Shown here: positions 25,314 through 26,260 of the stretch, one piece after another
Layout: each line of letters starts with the position of its first letter
How positions within the stretch are numbered: the stretch's first letter is position 1
IMG/VR virus record: IMGVR_UViG_3300025030_001424
Coordinates: 1-26,260 of that record
Strand: one strand, 5' to 3'
Source of the DNA: a virus
Taxonomy: Duplodnaviria > Caudoviricetes
DNA: 26,260 bases
Notes under the pieces: model-generated
Database searches by the model: none
Seen by the model: the letters and a program-made list of their open reading frames with translations, nothing else
Told to the model about the DNA's origin: nothing
Made by a program: the position numbers and the translations under genes

Positions 25314-26260
25314 ATGACCCAAAACGAAGGAATCAAACACGTTGAAGATGTCGTAAAAAGTGTATATCTTCTCGAAGACCCTCACATCATCAAGCTCCTT
25401 ATGGCACTGGCTATTTCTCACTGGCTCCCTTCAGATCCAGTCTGGACCTTCATCGTGGCTCCGCCCGGGGGTCTTAAGACCGAGTTGATCAAAACCCTAA
25501 GTGGACTCTCCCACGTCCATCCTCTCTCAACACTCACGTCAAGGACATTCGTTTCCGGACAGAAGAAAACCGGACAAGAGACATCGCTCCTTCTAAAAAT
25601 TACGAACGGCATCATTACCTTCGAGGATTTCACCACACTTTTATCGGAAAACAAAGACGAGCGCGGAGCGATCATGGGCCAACTTCGGGCCATCTACGGA
25701 GGCAAATTTGATAAAACCTTTGGTACAGGAGAAACTGTCTCATGGGAAGGCAAGATCACCGTCATTGCCGGCGCTACTTATGCTATTCATTCCCTGCGAG
25801 AACTCTATGCTTCTATGGGTGAGCGTTTTCTTATGTACAACATGATTCAGCCGGATCGTGTTGATGCCGCTAGACGAACAATGGAAAATCAAGAGTCCGG
25901 AAAGATGAAAGAAATGCGCGCTAAAGTTCAACAAGCTGTTCATCATTATCTTCTTGACGAATTCAAACTACCCGAAAAAATGCCGAAAATTAAACATGCT
26001 CTTCGAGAAGAATTATTGGAGATTGCTGAACTTGCTACTCGCGCGCGTTCGGCTGTAGAGCGTGAATGGCGCAGTCCAAATAAGGAAATAACCGAAGCAT
26101 ACCCGCCGGAGATGCCGACCCGTTTTGCGGCCCAGCTTCAGACGGTGGCTATGGCTCTGATGTGCATCAACTTTAACGACACCGGTAAGGCGGACTTACT
26201 GCCGAGCGATCACGAGATTCTCTATAAACTTGATCTTGACTCTATTACTAAGTCGAAGCG
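25314..26260 (+). CDS. MCM-like AAA+ replicative helicase (3'-truncated; not in ORF track)
   Basis: MTQNEGIKH...DPVWTFIVAPPGGLKTE (Walker A), IITFEDFTTLL (Walker B region), QLRAIYGG, MGERFL (Arg finger), EMPTRFAAQL (sensor-2-like); frame runs to the window end. Confidence 0.75.
   Translation, partial: MTQNEGIKHVEDVVKSVYLLEDPHIIKLLMALAISHWLPSDPVWTFIVAPPGGLKTELIKTLSGLSHVHPLSTLTSRTFVSGQKKTGQETSLLLKITNGIITFEDFTTLLSENKDERGAIMGQLRAIYGGKFDKTFGTGETVSWEGKITVIAGATYAIHSLRELYASMGERFLMYNMIQPDRVDAARRTMENQESGKMKEMRAKVQQAVHHYLLDEFKLPEKMPKIKHALREELLEIAELATRARSAVEREWRSPNKEITEAYPPEMPTRFAAQLQTVAMALMCINFNDTGKADLLPSDHEILYKLDLDSITKSK

Noticed and set aside
1-26260. Stop-codon reassignment, tRNA genes, integrase/att sites
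   Set aside because: Genes tile cleanly with TAA, TGA and TAG stops; no cloverleaf or integrase motif was recognised by eye.

Overview
This window is an internal piece of a tailed dsDNA phage or prophage genome in standard genetic code 11 (TGA is used as stop, with several ATGA overlaps). A Patescibacteria/CPR (Parcubacteria-like) host is inferred from AT-rich leaders lacking Shine-Dalgarno (SD) motifs, the style of the KhpA protein, DxCPN surface repeats and ATST/STTT-rich proteins. Layout: (1) 1-14070, + strand, podovirus-like late module with secreted/membrane proteins, an HNH/NUMOD3 endonuclease, adaptor, nozzle, Gly-rich tail fibre and three putative ejection proteins; (2) a lone antisense membrane gene with a perfect sigma70 promoter; (3) lysis cassette (holin-like, M23 peptidase, holin); (4) an accessory island absent from the ORF track, made of an acidic 42-aa peptide and then a unit of -10 box, hairpin, perfect rrn-type boxA, four SD-led mini-ORFs, hairpin and terminator, followed by khpA; (5) a - strand early/accessory arm (16448-22516) with an SLT-like enzyme, repeat surface protein, methionine aminopeptidase, zinc-ribbon protein, a 140-nt structured RNA, PD-(D/E)XK nuclease, SSB-like protein and HTH protein; (6) a divergent control region with DnaA boxes; (7) a + strand replication arm with a CHC2 zinc finger protein, a HerA-like ATPase with tandem wHTH and a truncated MCM-like helicase. 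All calls come from reading motifs by eye; no database searches were run.
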